Positions 1-10,721 are shown, counted from the stretch's first letter. The stretch: DNA of 64,000 nucleotides from Alphaproteobacteria bacterium (GCA_033763575.1 JANRKF010000026.1:3076-67075), one strand, 5' to 3'. Numbers and translations: made by a program. The notes: generated from the sequence alone by a model not told the origin.

Positions 1-1098
1 GTCACGCAGCGAGAGATCGCCGCTCACCAGATAGCTGCCGTCCGCTTGTTTCTGGATGGCGTTTTTGGTTTCGTCATGCTCGTCGTCGATATTCCCGACG
101 ATTTCTTCAATGATATCCTCCAGCGTCACGATGCCGAGCCATGCGCCATATTCATCGACGACGAAAGCGAAATGCTGGCGCTTGGCGCGGAAGGCGAGCA
201 GCTGGTCGCGCAAGGACGTCGTCTCCGGAATAAACCACGGCGTGTGGCAGATGGAAACGATGCCTTCCGAGGTGATCTGGCCGTCCGAATCATTGAAGGC
301 CTTTATCAGGTCTTTCACATGCAGCAGGCCGATGATATTATCCGGATCGCCGCGATACAAAGGAATCCGGCTATGCATGGTGCGCACCGCCGTATCCATC
401 AGCTCGGCGGGCGGGATGTCGGCATCGATGGTCTCGACTTCCTTGCGGTGGAGCGCGATGGAGCCGACGCCGATATCGTTCAAATCGAGGATACTGCCCA
501 GCATGTCGCGGTCCTGCTTAATCATCGTGCCTTCCTGGTGGTGCAGTTCGATAGTGCCGCGAATCACATCGGTGGCGGAAATCAGCGTGTTGTTTTTGAC
601 AACGTCCGCGCCGAGCAGTTTGAGCAATAGGCGGATAAAGATCTGGATGGCGTGGGTGATCGGATACAGTAATTTGACCAGGATATTAAGCGCAGGCGCG
701 AAGGCGAGCGCCACCCGCTCGGAATTCTGGATGGCGTAGGTCTTGGGCAGAATCTCGGTGAACACCACGACCAGCAGGGTCATGGCAACGGTGACGATAA
801 TCAGGCCGCCGTCTTCCGTGCCGAACAGCTTGATGGTGATGGTGGTGGCGATGGCGGAGGCGGCGATATTCACCGCATTGTTACCGAGCAGCACCGTGCC
901 GATGAGCGCTTCTTTTTTCTTACGCAGGGTGCTCACCAGCTGGGCGCGCTTGTTGCCGTCCATCACCAGATGGTAAATCCGGGCGCGGGAAAGGGCGGTA
1001 AGGGCGGTTTCCGCCGCCGAAAAAAAAGCGGAGATCAGCAGCAGCACAACAATGCCTGCGCCATAAAAAACCAGTTCGTTATCAAGGCCCGAGGTCAT
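1..1098 (-). CDS. HlyC/CorC (CNNM/DUF21-CBS) family transporter, 3' end outside window
   Basis: Manual translation from ATG at 1098: MTSGLDNELVFYGAGIVVLLLISAFFSAAETALTALSRARIYHLV...LIGTVLLGNNAVNI, a typical CNNM N-terminus. ATGA overlap with aroB stop. Absent from ORF track because it runs off the edge. Confidence 0.88.
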   Translation of the reverse strand, partial: MTSGLDNELVFYGAGIVVLLLISAFFSAAETALTALSRARIYHLVMDGNKRAQLVSTLRKKKEALIGTVLLGNNAVNIAASAIATTITIKLFGTEDGGLIIVTVAMTLLVVVFTEILPKTYAIQNSERVALAFAPALNILVKLLYPITHAIQIFIRLLLKLLGADVVKNNTLISATDVIRGTIELHHQEGTMIKQDRDMLGSILDLNDIGVGSIALHRKEVETIDADIPPAELMDTAVRTMHSRIPLYRGDPDNIIGLLHVKDLIKAFNDSDGQITSEGIVSICHTPWFIPETTSLRDQLLAFRAKRQHFAFVVDEYGAWLGIVTLEDIIEEIVGNIDDEHDETKNAIQKQADGSYLVSGDLSLRD

Positions 1099-2198
1099 GA
1101 AAGGAACTCCCTGAGGGTGCGCCTGACGACGGCGGGATCGACATTTTCCTCCACAAATGCGCCGCCGATGCCGCGCATCAGCACGAAGGTCAGGGTGCCG
1201 TCCTTGGATTTCTTGTCGCGGGTGAAATGCTCCATCAGCGCCTGTTCGTTCCACTCGGGGCGAATGGTTTTCGGCGAGGAAGGAAGCCCGACCGCCTCAT
1301 AATGCGCCTGTATTTTTTCAAGGTCATCGGCAGGGGCCAGCCCCATCGCCACCGACATGGAAAGCGCCATCACCATGCCGATCGCCACCGATTCGCCATG
1401 CAGCAACGCGTCGCCATAGCCGGTTTCCGCCTCCAGCGCGTGACCGAACGTATGGCCGAGATTGAGCAGCGCCCGCACATTATGTTCTTTCTCGTCGGCC
1501 TCGACAATCGCCGCCTTGGCCTTGCAGCAATGGAGGATGGCATGCGTGAGTAAGGCGACATCGCCCGCAAGCATCGCCCGCGCATTTGTTTCAAGCCAGG
1601 CAAAAAACCCGGCGTCGTTGATCAGCGCGTATTTGAGCATCTCGGCATAGCCCGCGAGCAATTCGCGTTTGGGCAGGGTAGAAAGCGTTGCCACGTCGGA
1701 GAGCACCAAAACAGGCTGGTGGAAACTGCCGATCAGGTTCTTTCCATAGGCGGAATTGATCCCGGTTTTCCCGCCGACCGAGCTATCGACCTGCGCGAGC
1801 AGCGTGGTCGGTATCTGCACGAAATTCACCCCGCGCAGCAGCACGCTCGCCGCGAATCCGGTAAGGTCGCCGACCATGCCGCCGCCGAGCGCGATCAGCG
1901 TGGTTTCGCGGCTGGGCTTCTGCTCCAGTATCTGCTCGATGACTTTGGAAAACCCGGCGAGCGATTTGGTGCCTTCGCCTTCCGGAACAATCACCGAACG
2001 ATGCTGGATTCCGGCTTCTTCGAGGCTGTTTACCAGCCGGTGCAGGTAAAATTTGGCGACGCGCTCATCGCTCACGATAATGACATGCGGGCGTTTCAGA
2101 AGCGGCTTGATGTGGCTGCCCGCTTTCGCCAGCAGGCGCTCGCCGACAAGGATATCATAGCGATGATGCCCCAGATTGATCGGTAGCTTATCCGCCAT
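1095..2198 (-). CDS. aroB: 3-dehydroquinate synthase
   Basis: GGGMVGDLTGF, PTTLLAQVDSSVGGKTGIN, LNLGHTFGHALE motifs. Confidence 0.97.
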   Translation of the reverse strand: MADKLPINLGHHRYDILVGERLLAKAGSHIKPLLKRPHVIIVSDERVAKFYLHRLVNSLEEAGIQHRSVIVPEGEGTKSLAGFSKVIEQILEQKPSRETTLIALGGGMVGDLTGFAASVLLRGVNFVQIPTTLLAQVDSSVGGKTGINSAYGKNLIGSFHQPVLVLSDVATLSTLPKRELLAGYAEMLKYALINDAGFFAWLETNARAMLAGDVALLTHAILHCCKAKAAIVEADEKEHNVRALLNLGHTFGHALEAETGYGDALLHGESVAIGMVMALSMSVAMGLAPADDLEKIQAHYEAVGLPSSPKTIRPEWNEQALMEHFTRDKKSKDGTLTFVLMRGIGGAFVEENVDPAVVRRTLREFLS

Positions 2199-2739
2199 GT
2201 GCATCCTGCTTTTCGAGTATCGATAAAATATCGGTCACCACCGTATCGTGCGGGCCGGAATTACTGTCGATGGTGATGGCGGCCTGAGCATAGACAGGGT
2301 AGCGCTCATCCATCAGCCGTTGCAATATCTCGCGCTTATCGCCGGTCTTCAGCAGCGGGCGGGTGTCGCGCCGGGAGACGCGCTCCACCAGCACATCGAG
2401 ATCCGCCCGCAGCCAGATGGAAAGCGTGCGCGATATGATCGCCTCGCGAATCTCCGCATTCATGAACGCGCCGCCGCCGGTAGCGATCACGCAAGGAGCA
2501 GAGGAAAGCAGCCGGGTGAGCACGCGCTGCTCTAAGTCGCGGAACATCACCTCGCCGTAAGTTTCAAAAATTTCCGAGATGCTGCAACCGGCGGCTTCGG
2601 CGATTTCATTATCGGAATCGACAAAATCGACGCCGAGTGCCGAGGCAAGGCGTTTGCCCACGGTCGATTTCCCGGCGCCCATCAGGCCGACCAGAACGAT
2701 AGGTTTATCCAAAAGATGGTTTTTATCTTGTATATTCAT
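2188..2739 (-). CDS. aroK: shikimate kinase
   Basis: GLMGAGKSTVG P-loop, ATGGG, RPLL; start at MNIQDK. Confidence 0.96.
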   Translation of the reverse strand: MNIQDKNHLLDKPIVLVGLMGAGKSTVGKRLASALGVDFVDSDNEIAEAAGCSISEIFETYGEVMFRDLEQRVLTRLLSSAPCVIATGGGAFMNAEIREAIISRTLSIWLRADLDVLVERVSRRDTRPLLKTGDKREILQRLMDERYPVYAQAAITIDSNSGPHDTVVTDILSILEKQDAHGG

Positions 2740-2784
2740 CGGACTAATTTTACAGTTGGGGTAGAGTAACCGAAGCAGCAAAAT

Positions 2785-2928
2785 ATGCAATCTAAACGAA
2801 GCAAGTCTTTATTATTGATCGTTATCATGGTCATCGCGGGGGTGTTTATCGCGGCGATGCTGCATGAGCCGACCCTGGTGCAAACCCCGGTGGAACAGGT
2901 TCTCGATGCCGAAAGCTTCAACCGCTAA
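2785..2928 (+). CDS. small single-TM hypothetical protein (47 aa)
   Basis: MQSKRSKSLLLIVIMVIAGVFIAAMLHEPTLVQTPVEQVLDAESFNR*; below ORF-track cutoff; overlaps xerD start. Confidence 0.55.
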   Translation: MQSKRSKSLLLIVIMVIAGVFIAAMLHEPTLVQTPVEQVLDAESFNR

Positions 2929-3874
2929 ACCCACCGCCGCCTCGCTCGCCACCCAGCAATTCCTGGAAATGATGGCGGCGGAACGTGGGGCGAGTGCCAA
3001 CACGCTGGCCGCTTACGGGCGCGATTTGCGCGATGCGGCGGCCGATTTCGCCGCCCGGAAAAAACAATTCCTGCGGGCGCGCAAAGGCGATATCGAGGCC
3101 TATCTCGCCACCCTTTCGGAAGCGGGCCTCTCGGCCCAGACGCAGGCGCGCAAGCTCTCGGCACTCCGGCAGTTCTTCGCCTTCGCCTATCAGGAAAAGA
3201 TGCGCGCCGACAACCCGGCGGCCACGCTTGAAACACCGAAATTATCGCGGCCGCTGCCCAAGGCATTGAGCCTTGAGGATATCAAAACATTGATCGCCCA
3301 GGCCCGCACCGACGATTCACCGAAGGGATTGCGGATGCAGGCGATGCTGGAGCTGATGTATGGCGCGGGACTCCGGGTGTCCGAGCTGGTGTCGCTGCCG
3401 CTTTCCGCCTTGCGGCTGGCCGCCGGAAGCAGCAACGTCACCGCCGAGTCGATGATTATTCGCGGCAAGGGCAGCAAGGAACGCCTCGTGCCGCTCAACC
3501 ACAACGCCCGCATGGCGCTCTCCAAATATCTCACCATCCGCCATGTTTTCTTACCGAGTACCGAGTACCGCGTACCGAGTACCAACAACTATCTCTTCCC
3601 CTACCACCGCGCCGACGGCACTATCACCCGCCAGCAATTCGGCGTGATGCTGAAGGAGCTGGCGCAAGGATGCGGCATCGATCCCAAGAAAATTTCGCCG
3701 CATGGGCTGCGCCATTCCTTCGCCTCGCACCTGCTGGAAGGCGGGGCCGACCTGCGGGTGATCCAGGAATTGCTGGGCCATGCCGATATCGCCACCACGC
3801 AGATATATACCCATATCGCGGGCGGCAGGCTGAAAAAGCTGGTGGAGGAAAAGCACCCGCTGGCCAAGGGCTGA
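2906..3874 (+). CDS. xerD: tyrosine recombinase XerD
   Basis: AERGASANTLAAY, GLRVSEL, RGKGSKER, HGLRHSFASHLL, LGHADIATTQIY. Confidence 0.93.
   Translation: MPKASTAKPTAASLATQQFLEMMAAERGASANTLAAYGRDLRDAAADFAARKKQFLRARKGDIEAYLATLSEAGLSAQTQARKLSALRQFFAFAYQEKMRADNPAATLETPKLSRPLPKALSLEDIKTLIAQARTDDSPKGLRMQAMLELMYGAGLRVSELVSLPLSALRLAAGSSNVTAESMIIRGKGSKERLVPLNHNARMALSKYLTIRHVFLPSTEYRVPSTNNYLFPYHRADGTITRQQFGVMLKELAQGCGIDPKKISPHGLRHSFASHLLEGGADLRVIQELLGHADIATTQIYTHIAGGRLKKLVEEKHPLAKG
3552..3583. repeat. (TACCGAG)n heptamer tract in frame in xerD
   Basis: taccgag taccgag taccgcg taccgag tacc encodes PSTEYRVPST. Confidence 0.9.
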
Positions 3875-3945
3875 AACGCCGCCATCGCCAAATTTCTTGT
3901 AGTTTCCGGATTCTCTGCTAGATTTGCGCGCCTGTAGGAGAGTTT

Positions 3946-4545
3946 ATGCGCATTGCGAAGATTGAACGAAAAACCAAGGAAACCTCTATCAATGTCGAGG
4001 TGAATCTGGACGGCACCGGGCTTTATGAAGTCGCCACCGGCATCGGCTTTCTTGACCACATGCTGGAGCAGCTTTCGCGCCACAGCCTGATGGATTTGAA
4101 GGTGAGCGCAGTGGGCGATTTGCATATCGACCAGCACCACACCACCGAGGATACCGGCATCGCCATCGGCGAGGCGGTGACAAAGGCGCTGGGTGATCGC
4201 AAGGGCATCACCCGCTATGCCAGCGCCTATGTGCCGATGGATGAAACACTCACCCGCGTTGCCATCGATATTTCCGGGCGGCCCTATTTCGTCTGGAAGG
4301 TCGATTTCTCCAAACCGAAACTAGGCGAGATGGATACCGAGCTGTTCCGCGAATGGTTCCAGGCCTTTGCCTTTGCCAGCGGCATGACGCTGCATGTGGA
4401 AAATCTCTACGGCGTCAATAACCACCACATCGTCGAATCCTGCTATAAGGGGCTGGCGCGGAGCTTGCGTGAAGCGGTCACCATCGACGCCCGCAAGGCC
4501 GATGCGATTCCATCGACGAAGGGAACGCTGGGCGGGGCGAAATAG
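3946..4545 (+). CDS. hisB: imidazoleglycerol-phosphate dehydratase
   Basis: [30 protein letters not shown]. Confidence 0.97.
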   Translation: MRIAKIERKTKETSINVEVNLDGTGLYEVATGIGFLDHMLEQLSRHSLMDLKVSAVGDLHIDQHHTTEDTGIAIGEAVTKALGDRKGITRYASAYVPMDETLTRVAIDISGRPYFVWKVDFSKPKLGEMDTELFREWFQAFAFASGMTLHVENLYGVNNHHIVESCYKGLARSLREAVTIDARKADAIPSTKGTLGGAK

Positions 4546-4546
4546 C

Positions 4547-4930
4547 ATGTTCCACGGGCTGAAACTCTACACCGTCCATACCAAACCGGGCAGCGACCAC
4601 TCGCTCACCAAGCCGGTGTTCCTGCGCGAAGGCTTCAACTGGCCGGCGTTTTTATTCACCTTCCTGTGGGCGCTCTATGAACGGCTGTGGCTGCTGGCGC
4701 TGGTCATCCTTGCCGCCAATTTCGCCATCGCCGCCGGCCTGCGCACCGGCCTGATCGACCAGATGTCGGGCACCATTATATTATTGGCGCTGCAGGTGAT
4801 CGTCGGTTTTTCCGGCAATGACGCGCTGCGCAAACGCATGCGGAAACAGGGCTATATCTTTCAGGATATCGCCAGCGGCGATTCGCTGCTCCGCGCCGAG
4901 CAGCGCTATTTCGACCGGCTGGTGGCATGA
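4547..4930 (+). CDS. DUF2628-like membrane protein
   Basis: FLREGFNWPAFLFTFLWALYERLW; hisB-X-hisH position; start at MFHGLK. Confidence 0.75.
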   Translation: MFHGLKLYTVHTKPGSDHSLTKPVFLREGFNWPAFLFTFLWALYERLWLLALVILAANFAIAAGLRTGLIDQMSGTIILLALQVIVGFSGNDALRKRMRKQGYIFQDIASGDSLLRAEQRYFDRLVA

Positions 4931-4941
4931 GGGAGGCAGGG

Positions 4942-5055
4942 GAAATGAAGAAATGGAGAATTGAAGAATTGAAGAGCAGAGTAATATATTCTCAGCCTGA
5001 CGTTGTTGTTTTTTCTTATTTCTCCAATTCCTCAATTCCTCAATTCCTCAATTCC
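4942..5055. repeat. inverted pair of octamer tandem repeats (GAATTGAA / TTCCTCAA)
   Basis: gaaatgaa gaaatgga gaattgaa gaattgaa, spacer, tctccaat tcctcaat tcctcaat tcctcaat. Confidence 0.88.
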
Positions 5056-5063
5056 ACTTTTTT

Positions 5064-5696
5064 ATGACCCTCGCCATCATCGATTACGGTTCCGGTAATT
5101 TGCGCTCGGTGGCGAAGGCGTTTGAGCATGTGGCGGGGGGTGAGAAAATCCTGGTCACTTCCGATGCGAAGGAGGTGGTGGCGGCCAGCCGCATCGTGCT
5201 GCCGGGCGTGGGCGCGTTTGGCGATTGCATGAAGGGACTCGCCGCGCTTTCCGGCATGGTCGAAACGCTGCATGAGCAAGTCATGCAAAAGAAAAAAAAC
5301 TTCCTCGGCATTTGCGTCGGCATGCAGCTGATGTTTGAGCGTGGGCTGGAGCACGGCACGCATGAAGGGTTGGGGTGGTTAAAGGGAGAAGTCGTCCACC
5401 TTAACCATCAACTATCAACCATCAACCATCAACTAAAAATCCCGCATATGGGCTGGAACGCGCTTGACCTGAAGCGCGACCACCCGATCCTGCGCGGCGT
5501 GGGTGGCGGCGCGCATGTCTATTTCGTCCATAGCTACCACGCGAAGGCGAACGCCGCCGATATCCTCGCCACCACCGGCTACGGCGGCGACGTGACCGCG
5601 ATGGTCGGGCGCGACAACATGGTCGGCACGCAATTCCACCCGGAAAAAAGCCAGGCATCAGGGCTTGCCATTTTGCAGAATTTCCTCAGTATGTAA
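5064..5696 (+). CDS. hisH: imidazole glycerol phosphate synthase glutaminase subunit
   Basis: [37 protein letters not shown]. Confidence 0.97.
   Translation: MTLAIIDYGSGNLRSVAKAFEHVAGGEKILVTSDAKEVVAASRIVLPGVGAFGDCMKGLAALSGMVETLHEQVMQKKKNFLGICVGMQLMFERGLEHGTHEGLGWLKGEVVHLNHQLSTINHQLKIPHMGWNALDLKRDHPILRGVGGGAHVYFVHSYHAKANAADILATTGYGGDVTAMVGRDNMVGTQFHPEKSQASGLAILQNFLSM
5403..5434. repeat. (AACCATC)n heptamer tract in frame in hisH
   Basis: aaccatc aactatc aaccatc aaccatc aact encodes [11 protein letters not shown]. Confidence 0.9.
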
Positions 5697-5700
5697 TGCC

Positions 5701-6234
5701 ATGGCTGTCCGTATAGAAAAAATAACCGAGTTCAAACATGCAGACCTCACCGAGCTGGTCACGGCGACGGAGGATGCGATTCGCGACGGCATCGGCTTCA
5801 ACTGGATGGTGCCACCGGGAAGGGACGTGCTCGAAAAATACTGGAACGGCGTGCTGGTCGTGCCCGACCGCATCTTGTTCGCAGGCCGGCTCGATGGCAC
5901 GCTCGCAGGCTCCATCCAGCTCATCAAGCCGGGCATCAGCAAGGAAACCTCGTCATTCGCAGCGAGCCTGGATGCCCATTTCGTGGCTCCCTGGGCACGC
6001 GGGCACGGCATGGCGAAACTGCTGCTCGAAGCGGCCGAACGCGAGGCGCGCAGCCTCGGATTCACCGTGCTCAAGCTCAGCGTGCGGCAAACGCAGGAGG
6101 CGGCGATTTCGCTTTATGAGGAAATGGGTTTTGTGCAGTGGGGCACCCTGCCGACTTACGAATATGTGAATGCGCAGATGATTGCCGGGCATTTTTATTA
6201 CAAGAACCTCGATCCGATCACGAGCTTGATATGA
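5701..6234 (+). CDS. GNAT family N-acetyltransferase
   Basis: FVAPWARGHGMAKLLL acetyl-CoA motif, AISLYEEMGF. Confidence 0.85.
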   Translation: MAVRIEKITEFKHADLTELVTATEDAIRDGIGFNWMVPPGRDVLEKYWNGVLVVPDRILFAGRLDGTLAGSIQLIKPGISKETSSFAASLDAHFVAPWARGHGMAKLLLEAAEREARSLGFTVLKLSVRQTQEAAISLYEEMGFVQWGTLPTYEYVNAQMIAGHFYYKNLDPITSLI

Positions 6235-6240
6235 ATTTAT

Positions 6241-6316
6241 CCCCGCATAAGCGTAGCGCATTGCGGGGTCCGGTATTGGTGCCGGACTCTGACCAGACCC
6301 CGCAACAAGTGCGGGG
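6241..6316. repeat. REP-doublet-like element copy 1
   Basis: CCCCGCA-taagcgtagcgcat-TGCGGGG tccgg ... ccaga CCCCGCAACAAGTGCGGGG. Confidence 0.88.
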
Positions 6317-6322
6317 TCTAAA

Positions 6323-7051
6323 ATGATCCTCTACCCCGCCATCGACCTCAAGGATAATCAATGCGTGCGGCTGCTGCGCGGCGACATGGACAAGGCCACC
6401 GTATTTTCCAAAACGCCTGCCGACCAGGCCGCCGAGTTTGAGGCAATGGGCTTTGAATGGCTGCATGTGGTCGACCTGAATGGCGCGTTCGAGGGGCAGC
6501 CCGTGAATAAAAACGCGGTGAAATCGATTCTCGCCAGCGTCTCGATGCCGGTACAGCTGGGCGGCGGTATCCGCAACATGCAGATGATTGCCGACTGGCT
6601 GGAAGCGGGGATTTCGCGGGTGATCCTGGGCACCATCGCGCTTAAAAACCCGCAGGTGGTAAAAGAGGCCTGCCGCCTGTTTCCCGACCAGATCGCCGTC
6701 GGTATCGATGCCAAGGACGGGCGGGTGGCGGTGTCCGGCTGGGCGGAGATTTCCGATAAAAAAGCCCTCGACCTCGCCAAACAATTTGAAGACGCCGGGG
6801 TCGCCGCCATCATCTATACCGACATCAGCAAAGACGGGGCGATGCAAGGACCAAACATTACCGAGACCGTAACGCTTGCGGAACAAATTTCCATTCCCGT
6901 CATCGCCTCCGGCGGCATCAGCAGCAACGCCGACGTCATCGCCTATAAAGAGCATGAATTTTCCGGTATCGGCGGGGTCATCATCGGCCGCGCACTTTAT
7001 GATGGCGCCATTAATCCGCAGGAAGTATTAGCCGCCACCAAGCAATCCTAA
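6323..7051 (+). CDS. hisA: ProFAR isomerase
   Basis: ILYPAIDLKD, LHVVDLNGA, QLGGGIR, YTDISKDG, IASGG. Confidence 0.97.
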   Translation: MILYPAIDLKDNQCVRLLRGDMDKATVFSKTPADQAAEFEAMGFEWLHVVDLNGAFEGQPVNKNAVKSILASVSMPVQLGGGIRNMQMIADWLEAGISRVILGTIALKNPQVVKEACRLFPDQIAVGIDAKDGRVAVSGWAEISDKKALDLAKQFEDAGVAAIIYTDISKDGAMQGPNITETVTLAEQISIPVIASGGISSNADVIAYKEHEFSGIGGVIIGRALYDGAINPQEVLAATKQS

Positions 7052-7615
7052 TAGACCTTTTTGATTCAGGAATTTTCCTTCCTGTCCGGGCTTGGGCACC
7101 TGGCGGAACTGAAGCTGGCAGTCGGCCTGCGACAACCGCGCCGTGTCATTCTCGAACACCGCGCTGCCGGTGCATTCGGTGCTGGAGCTGTAGCGCATAT
7201 TGACCGACACACCGCCCATCATATTCGCGCCATCGGCCCATTCGGCGGAGGTGAAACGGACTGCGCCGGTGTCGCTGTCAAGGCTTTCGAGCGATGGCGT
7301 GGTGCTGTAATCGGTGAGGCTGTAGAGAATATTATCGACAAACGTAATAAACCCGGCCTTGTCGAAATTCTCATCCATGGCCGGGCGCGTATTGCCGATG
7401 GAAAAGAAATGGACCGTGAGATGGATTTTCGCATCATCGGTAAGAAGCGCGGTGAGCGCCTCGCTTACCCTGGCGCGGTCTTTAGTCGCCACCGCGTCGG
7501 AAAAATTTTGCAGCGATACCTGCACTGCGCGTTTTTTTTCACCGCTGACATAATAAAACCCCATCGCCACCAGCAGGATAACAAGCGCCACCAGCAGAGG
7601 AACAATCGCTTTCAT
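7028..7615 (-). CDS. hypothetical protein with N-terminal signal/TM anchor
   Basis: MKAIVPLLVALVILLVAMGFYYV; directly follows gcdH; convergent overlap with hisA. Confidence 0.65.
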   Translation of the reverse strand: MKAIVPLLVALVILLVAMGFYYVSGEKKRAVQVSLQNFSDAVATKDRARVSEALTALLTDDAKIHLTVHFFSIGNTRPAMDENFDKAGFITFVDNILYSLTDYSTTPSLESLDSDTGAVRFTSAEWADGANMMGGVSVNMRYSSSTECTGSAVFENDTARLSQADCQLQFRQVPKPGQEGKFLNQKGLLGLLGGG

Positions 7616-7618
7616 GGC

Positions 7619-8809
7619 CTACTCGCTCGAAAACGCCTGCAGGCCGGTGATGGCGCGGCCTAAGATCAGCGCGTGGATGTCGTGCGTGCCCTCATAGGTA
7701 TTGACGCTTTCAAGATTCATCACATGGCGGATGACGTGATATTCGTCGGAAATGCCGTTGCCGCCATGCATGTCGCGGGCAGTGCGGGCGATGTCGAGCG
7801 CCTTTCCGGCATTGTTGCGTTTGATCATCGAGATCATTTCCGGCGCGCATTTATCCTCATCCATCAGCCGCCCCACCCGCAGGCACGCCTGCAAACCGAA
7901 GGCGATATCGACCATCATATCGGCGAGTTTCTTCTGGATGAGCTGGTTGGCGGCTAAGGGCTTCCCAAATTGTTTGCGTTCCATGGTGTAGCTGCGCGCT
8001 GCCTCATAGCAGAATTCCGCCGCGCCGAGCGCGCCCCAGCCGATGCCGTAACGCGCCTTGTTGAGGCAGGAAAACGGGCCTCTCAGGCCCGCGACATCGG
8101 GGAGCATATTTTCTGCGGGCACCTCAACGTCGCTCATCATAATCATGCCGGTGGCCGATGCCCGCAGCGAAAACTTGCCTTCGATTTTGGGCGCGGTAAG
8201 CCCCTTCATGCTCTTTTCCAGGATGAATCCCTTGATGGTGCCGTCGGGAATTTCCTTATCGCCGTGAAGCTTCGCCCACACCACGAACACATCGGCAACC
8301 GGCGAGTTGGTGATCCAGTTTTTGGCGCCGCTTATACGATAGCCGTCGGCGGTTCTGGTCGCACGCGTAATCATGCTGCCGGGGTCGGAACCATGGTCAG
8401 GCTCGGTAAGCCCGAAGCAGCCGATCAGCTCGCCGCTCGCCAGTTTCGGCAGGTATTTTTCTTTCTGCGCCTCGCTGCCGAACGCATAAATCGGGTGCAT
8501 GACCAGCGAGGATTGCACACTCATTGCCGACCGATAACCCGAATCCACCCACTCGATTTCCTTGCAGATAAGCCCGCTCGCCACATTCGAAAGCCCCGCG
8601 CAGCCATAGCCCTGAATGGTCGCGCCGAACAGCCCAAGTGCGCCCATTTCGCGCATGATTTCGACATCGAAACGCTCATGCCGGTTGGCCTCGATAATAC
8701 GCGGCAGGAGTTTTTCCCGCGCATAGGAACGCGTGCTTTGCTGCGCCATGCGCTCCTCGTCGGTGAGTTGCGCGTCGAACAGCAGCGGATCAAATGGATC
8801 GATAGTCAT
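7619..8809 (-). CDS. gcdH: glutaryl-CoA dehydrogenase
   Basis: [49 protein letters not shown]. Confidence 0.92.
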   Translation of the reverse strand: MTIDPFDPLLFDAQLTDEERMAQQSTRSYAREKLLPRIIEANRHERFDVEIMREMGALGLFGATIQGYGCAGLSNVASGLICKEIEWVDSGYRSAMSVQSSLVMHPIYAFGSEAQKEKYLPKLASGELIGCFGLTEPDHGSDPGSMITRATRTADGYRISGAKNWITNSPVADVFVVWAKLHGDKEIPDGTIKGFILEKSMKGLTAPKIEGKFSLRASATGMIMMSDVEVPAENMLPDVAGLRGPFSCLNKARYGIGWGALGAAEFCYEAARSYTMERKQFGKPLAANQLIQKKLADMMVDIAFGLQACLRVGRLMDEDKCAPEMISMIKRNNAGKALDIARTARDMHGGNGISDEYHVIRHVMNLESVNTYEGTHDIHALILGRAITGLQAFSSE

Positions 8810-8810
8810 A

Positions 8811-9392
8811 TTATTTCCCCAGCAAGCGCCCGACATAGCGGGCAATCAGATCAATTTCGAGGTTGAGCATATCACCGATATTGCGTTCGCGGAAGCCGGT
8901 AACGCTCCATGTATGCGGAATAATATTCACGGTGAAACGATTGCCCGACACTTCATTCACGGTGAGCGATACGCCATCGAGCGCGACCGATCCTTTGGCC
9001 GCGATGAATTTCGCAAGTTCGGCGGGCGCTTCCAGTTCGAGCCGGTGCGAATCTTTTTCCGGCGTGATTTCAATGAGTGTCGCCAGCCCATCGACATGGC
9101 CGGAGACCATGTGCCCGTCAAGCGCCTCGCCAAGGCGCATGGCCCGCTCCAGATGCAGCCTGCTTCCCGCTTCCCAGCGCGGCGCGGTGCAGCGGAGCGT
9201 TTCGGCGGAAAGATTCGCCGTGAATGTTTCACCCTTCATGTCAGTAACCGTGAGGCAGCAGCCGTTGCAGGCGACCGAATCGCCGGGGCGCAACTCGCCC
9301 ATCGGCATATCGCAGGCGACGGCGATCGTCCAGTCGCCGGATTTTTCGCAACGCTCAACCGTTCCAAAATGACGAATAACACCCGTGAACAT
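8811..9392 (-). CDS. ribE: riboflavin synthase (alpha)
   Basis: MFTGVI start, [31 protein letters not shown]. Confidence 0.96.
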   Translation of the reverse strand: MFTGVIRHFGTVERCEKSGDWTIAVACDMPMGELRPGDSVACNGCCLTVTDMKGETFTANLSAETLRCTAPRWEAGSRLHLERAMRLGEALDGHMVSGHVDGLATLIEITPEKDSHRLELEAPAELAKFIAAKGSVALDGVSLTVNEVSGNRFTVNIIPHTWSVTGFRERNIGDMLNLEIDLIARYVGRLLGK

Positions 9393-9455
9393 CACGCCTT
9401 CCTTAAAAGAAAATACCTGCCGCAATTGTTCGCATTTTTGGGAAGGCGTTGCAAT

Positions 9456-10721
9456 CTAAACTTGCCCACGCATGGTCCGGCTAAGCCGCCACAGCACCAG
9501 CAGCGCCGGAATGCCGATCGCCGTGGAGAGAATGAAGAACCCGTCCCATCCCAGCTGCTCCGCCGCCCAGCCGGAAGGCGTCGAAAGCCAGGTGCGGCCA
9601 AAAGCGGCGAAGGAGGAAAGCAATGCATATTGGGTGGCGGTGAAACGCAAATTGCAGAGCTTGCTCATATAGGCGACGAAGGCGGCGGTGGCGAGCCCGC
9701 CGCTTATATTATCGAGCGAGATGGTAAGCGCCAGCCCATAAGGCTCCGCGCCGATATGCGCCTGCCAGACGAACATCAGGTTACTGATGCTCGCAGCAAT
9801 GCCGCCCACCCACAACGCCCGCATCACGCCTAGGCGGAACACCACCGCACCACCGATGATGCTGCCGAGGATCGTGGCAAGCAAGCCGTAAATTTTTACC
9901 ACCTCGGCGATCTCGATTTTGGAGAAACCCAGCTCGATGTAAAACGGATTGGCCATCACCCCAAGGAAGGCATCGGCCATGCGGTAGAGCAATATGAAAA
10001 GCAGGATGGTGATCGCCTGCGGCCGCTGCAAAAACTCGACGAACGGCGTGATGACGAAGTCCCTGATCCACTCCCCTGCCCCGCCTGTTTTATGGTGTTC
10101 CGCCTCTTGTCGCTTGCTGGCTTCCGGCTCGCGCACCGCCAGCACCGTGATGCAAAATGCCAGCATGATCGCCGCCATCAGCAGATACGTCATCTGCCAG
10201 CCGAAAAAGGTGGCAAGGTATAAAGCGCCGGCGGTGGAAAATAAATTGCCCACGCGATAGCCGAGCACGAAAACCGCCGCGCCCGCCCCTTGCATTTCTG
10301 TCGGCAGAATCTCAACGCGGTAAGCATCCTTGGCAATGTCATGGCTCGCCGAGGAAAAGGAAAGCAAGAGGGCGGCAAGCCCGGTGAGGTAGGGCGCTTC
10401 TTCCGGATTGGAAAGCGCCATCAGCACCATGGCGGCGGCCATCATGATTTGCGTGGCGATCATCCAGCCGCGGCGTTTGCCGAGAAATGGCAAATCGATG
10501 CCGTCGAGCAAAGGCGCCCACAGGAATTTGAGCGAATAGGGCACGGCGACCGCCGCGAAAATCCCGATCGCCGATTTACTGATGCCGGACTCCGCGAGCC
10601 ATACCGTAAGCGTCCCCGCCGTGAGTGCCAGCGGCAGGCCGCTCGGAATACCCAGCATGAACTGCGCGAGAATCGGACGCCTTAAATAAATTTCGAGGCT
10701 TTGCAGCCAGCTTTTCATCAC
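9456..10721 (-). CDS. ampG: AmpG muropeptide MFS permease
   Basis: LGIPSGLPLAL, LKFLWAPLLD, SASHDIAKDAYR, TATQYALLSS. Confidence 0.92.
   Translation of the reverse strand: MMKSWLQSLEIYLRRPILAQFMLGIPSGLPLALTAGTLTVWLAESGISKSAIGIFAAVAVPYSLKFLWAPLLDGIDLPFLGKRRGWMIATQIMMAAAMVLMALSNPEEAPYLTGLAALLLSFSSASHDIAKDAYRVEILPTEMQGAGAAVFVLGYRVGNLFSTAGALYLATFFGWQMTYLLMAAIMLAFCITVLAVREPEASKRQEAEHHKTGGAGEWIRDFVITPFVEFLQRPQAITILLFILLYRMADAFLGVMANPFYIELGFSKIEIAEVVKIYGLLATILGSIIGGAVVFRLGVMRALWVGGIAASISNLMFVWQAHIGAEPYGLALTISLDNISGGLATAAFVAYMSKLCNLRFTATQYALLSSFAAFGRTWLSTPSGWAAEQLGWDGFFILSTAIGIPALLVLWRLSRTMRGQV

Noticed and set aside
2906-3874. Tyrosine recombinase as a prophage or island integrase
   Set aside because: XerD-type motifs, housekeeping context next to aroK, no att sites or phage genes
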